DNA of 64,000 nucleotides from Squalus acanthias (Eukaryota). Of the stretch, positions 61,316 to 64,000 are shown piece by piece. The position numbers were made by a program, and so were the translations under genes. Location of the stretch: positions 68,512,001-68,576,000 of the forward strand of contig CM059438.1 of the NCBI GenBank assembly GCA_030390025.1. Direction: 5' to 3'. Under the pieces are notes generated by a model, which had not been told where the DNA came from, made no database searches, and was given only the letters and a program-made list of their open reading frames with translations. Each line of letters opens with the position of its first letter. The stretch's first letter is position 1.

Positions 61316-61780
61316 CATAGGAACATAGGAACAGGAGTAGGCCATGTAGCCCCCGAGTCTGTTCCACCATTCAGTGAGATCATGGCTGATCTGTGACCTA
61401 TCTCCATATACCCACTGATGTAAGAAAACTACTAGGCACTTGGTCTGAGTATTAAACAAGGCTTTAATCAACTGTTTTTCAACATAGAGATCTAGTTGTG
61501 GCCTTCACTAGTTCCTGTTAAAGAATGTCCTGAGCAAGCTGGGCCCATGCCCGAGTATTTATACTCTCCCTGGACAGCACCAGCAGCAGGCCGCCCAGTA
61601 TTATTTCCTAAGTCATTTCCACATGAATGACAGATTCATGTCACCCACCTTTGCCCCATATCCCTTCATACCTTTGGTGAACAGAAATCTATCAATCACA
61701 GGTTGAAATTAACAATTGACCTAGCATCAACATGCTGTTTTCGGAAGAGAGTTCCAAACTTCTACCACCCTTTGTGTGTA
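61316..61780 (-). mobile_element. CR1/HER1-type 3' fragment interrupted by a solo LTR
   Basis: (CATAGGAA)n tail, ACAGGAGTAGGCCA...GATCATGGCTGATC, resuming CCCCATATCCC and TQRVVEVWNSLP. Confidence 0.8.
61416..61643 (-). mobile_element. 228-bp solo LTR
   Basis: TGA...TCA termini, 5-bp TSD CCCAC (61411-61415 / 61644-61648); minus-strand TATAAATA upstream of ATTAAA. Confidence 0.8.
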
Positions 61781-62433
61781 GGCTTCATAAGGTTCTGCTT
61801 TCTTTATGAATCTAAAGTTGCCGAACTGTTGATGACATTTCCAGAAGAGACCCAGACTGTGAACAAAACTAGAAATGGAAGATGACTTCAGTTTCTGCAG
61901 AGCAGGATTGTAACCAGAGCAGAGGATACAGGAGGGCAGAGGAAAGATCAGGATAAGAAGAAAAATTATATGGGACAGAATAGACAAGACCTGGGGACAG
62001 GGGGTGAAGATTATATTCGCTGAGAAGTGCAAAACATCAGGAGCGCAAGAAGAGGATACCAGAAGATAGTGAGAAAGTTGCTGACGAGACAACAAGATGC
62101 ATTGACAGCAGTTGTTAAGTATTTTGCCTCAATGTCCTTGGCACCTCCACCCGCCCCAGTCAAATATACAGTCTCCTGGCAGAGAAGTTGTTGTCTGATT
62201 AAATAGGAGATGGAAAATTGACAGTTTTTTTCAAGAATCTGATTGAATATGTTGGCTTTGTCATTTTGCCAGCGCAGGTTGTTAATCAGTGAGAGAGGAC
62301 TTGCATAATGGAAATGCAAACACGTGAGATTTAAAAATAAAAAGGGAGATTGACCTCTGTAACCTTCAACTTTAGGTTCAAAAAGAAAGGAGAACCTGGA
62401 TGAAACCTATTGCAGGTCTGCTTCAAACATTAT

Positions 62434-62567
62434 AGATCTGATTTTAATTTAACCCGCCTGGTGAGCATTGATTTAAATGGAGCGTTAAAATCAGGCGGGA
62501 ACTAGTACGGTCGTCCGACCTGAATCAGCCCTCTTCCCACCAAGCGGGTTCGCTTAAAATTCGGGCT
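62434..62567. mobile_element. Short degenerate Harbinger-like MITE
   Basis: GATTTTAA...AACCCGCCTGGTG / CACCAAGCGGGTT...TTAAAATTCGGGC inverted ends. Confidence 0.5.
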
Positions 62568-62734
62568 TAATACTGAAAATTATTTACAGAATTTTCTCCA
62601 ATAGTAGATATTTCTTGCATTCATTCATTCAAAGATGTTGTTTTCCCTTACTGAGCTTATTTAAATATTAAGGCTAAATTGGAACTCTACATTTCAACTG
62701 GAACTGCCTTCAGCTTCCCTCATTAAAATAAATT

Positions 62735-62960
62735 GGAAGAAAGAATGAGCTTGCATTTATATTATATTCTCAGGATGTCCCAAAGCACTTCACAACTCAT
62801 AAGTTACTCTTCTTTGAACGAGAGTCATATTGTTATGTCGGTAATTGCAGCGATCAGTTTATACACATCAGAGTTCCCCCACAAAGCAATTGAGATGAAT
62901 GACCAGCTAATCTGTTTTTGATGGTGTTTGTTTAGGGGGGGAACGTTGGCCATGGAGTTA
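62735..62960 (-). mobile_element. Degenerate DeuSINE fragment
   Basis: Reverse complement of the SINE tail (CTTGCATTTATAT...GGATGTCCCAAAGCACTTCACA). Confidence 0.6.
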
Positions 62961-63446
62961 TTTCATCAGTTGCATTCCAGTGTTTATGTTTTTTATGATA
63001 GTGTGTCATTGCATTTAATTCCCATTACAGTGCAATTTACAAGTGACAGAGCTTTATCTATTTAAGCCTGTTCCTGGGGTTTCAACAGCCAAGATTGAAA
63101 CTAGCTGCATCTTTGCAGTGTCTGCAGATGAGTTTCAAGGTGTATTTCAACTTGGCTTTGTTGTTGTTTGCTTTGCTCAATGGTTTCGCTCAGTTGCAAT
63201 ATGCACCTTTTACATAAAAAAAGAACGATTGTGTTTCAGCTTGTTGTAAATGTAATTCATGTATTACACAAAGGAATAATTTAGAGGAAGATTGCTTTGC
63301 TCTCAAAGGCCTGTTAGTGTCACCTGATTTTATTTTTGGGATGGAGTGATGCTGTGGATTGACCAGTTTTTCACAAGAGAGGAGAAAAAATCCAACTGCA
63401 ACAGAGGTGCAAAGCAAAGTCAATGGAAAGGGAGATAAAGCGAGTG

Positions 63447-64000
63447 TGTAACGGGTGTAAGCGGTTTTTGATCCTAGCCCAATTGCTAGACAGACGGTTC
63501 GAATCGCCCCCGCCTTACGAAAGTTCTATACCCGGGAATTATTATTCAGAGTGTAAATGAAATAAGTCACGGACAGGAATGCTTCGGTGAAAAATCAAAC
63601 ATATATTTATTTGGTCCAACATACACTGGCTAAAACATGCACTACTAAACTAAATCACTGTCTCTGTGGAGAATAAATATCCAGGTTACAAATAACATAC
63701 ATACAGTACAAAACTGAGGACTATGACAAGCAGTAATTCCCTTGTTGCTATGGTGGACTCTAATTCCACCCCAACCAATGAATTACCCAGTCGCATAAGC
63801 CCCTTCGCCTGGCTGAACCAAATGAAGCTTCCACCCCGGAATAGCCCAAAAGCTTCACTTCTGAGAAACTCTGAGCCCCTTACACCTCACCCAGCTCACC
63901 TGGGATATCTGGTTTACCGGCTTGGCACACTCGAGACCATGCTTACCTCCACACTCACAGTCGGTCTCGATCGCTCCACTTAGCTGCTTCTCTGGTACTT
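63447..64000 (-). mobile_element. Probable LTR running off the window
   Basis: TGTAAC start, abrupt rise in CpG, minus-strand AATAAA signal; other end not visible. Confidence 0.5.

Noticed and set aside
1..64000. CRISPR array, rRNA, Fanzor/TnpB or viral genes
   Set aside because: No regularly spaced direct repeats, rRNA motifs, RuvC-like or viral ORFs seen.

Overview
TE-dense, probably intergenic or intronic window from a cartilaginous fish (shark-like), judged from CR1/HER1-type LINE tails, DeuSINE (SacSINE1-like) SINEs and Penelope pseudo-LTRs. No host gene is confidently recognisable. Main contents: (i) a near-complete PIF/Harbinger transposon (4412-8328) with an open DDE transposase frame and a convergent, deleted Myb/SANT partner, two decayed Harbingers and about 10 Harbinger MITEs in at least 3 families; (ii) many CR1 LINEs, including a three-level nest with an open APE+RT ORF2 (48740-51730); (iii) Penelope fragments with minimal type I hammerhead ribozymes; (iv) an RTE copy with a twin-priming 5' inversion, plus L2, SINE, hAT MITE and LTR remnants. 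Unexplained structure: ordered arrays of palindromes in the Harbinger families whose arms co-vary between copies; a shared Y|NNN|R palindromic target site; a 747-bp, ~98% palindrome covering a candidate exon; and a 106-bp templated inverted insertion. All calls come from reading the sequence by eye; no database searches were run.
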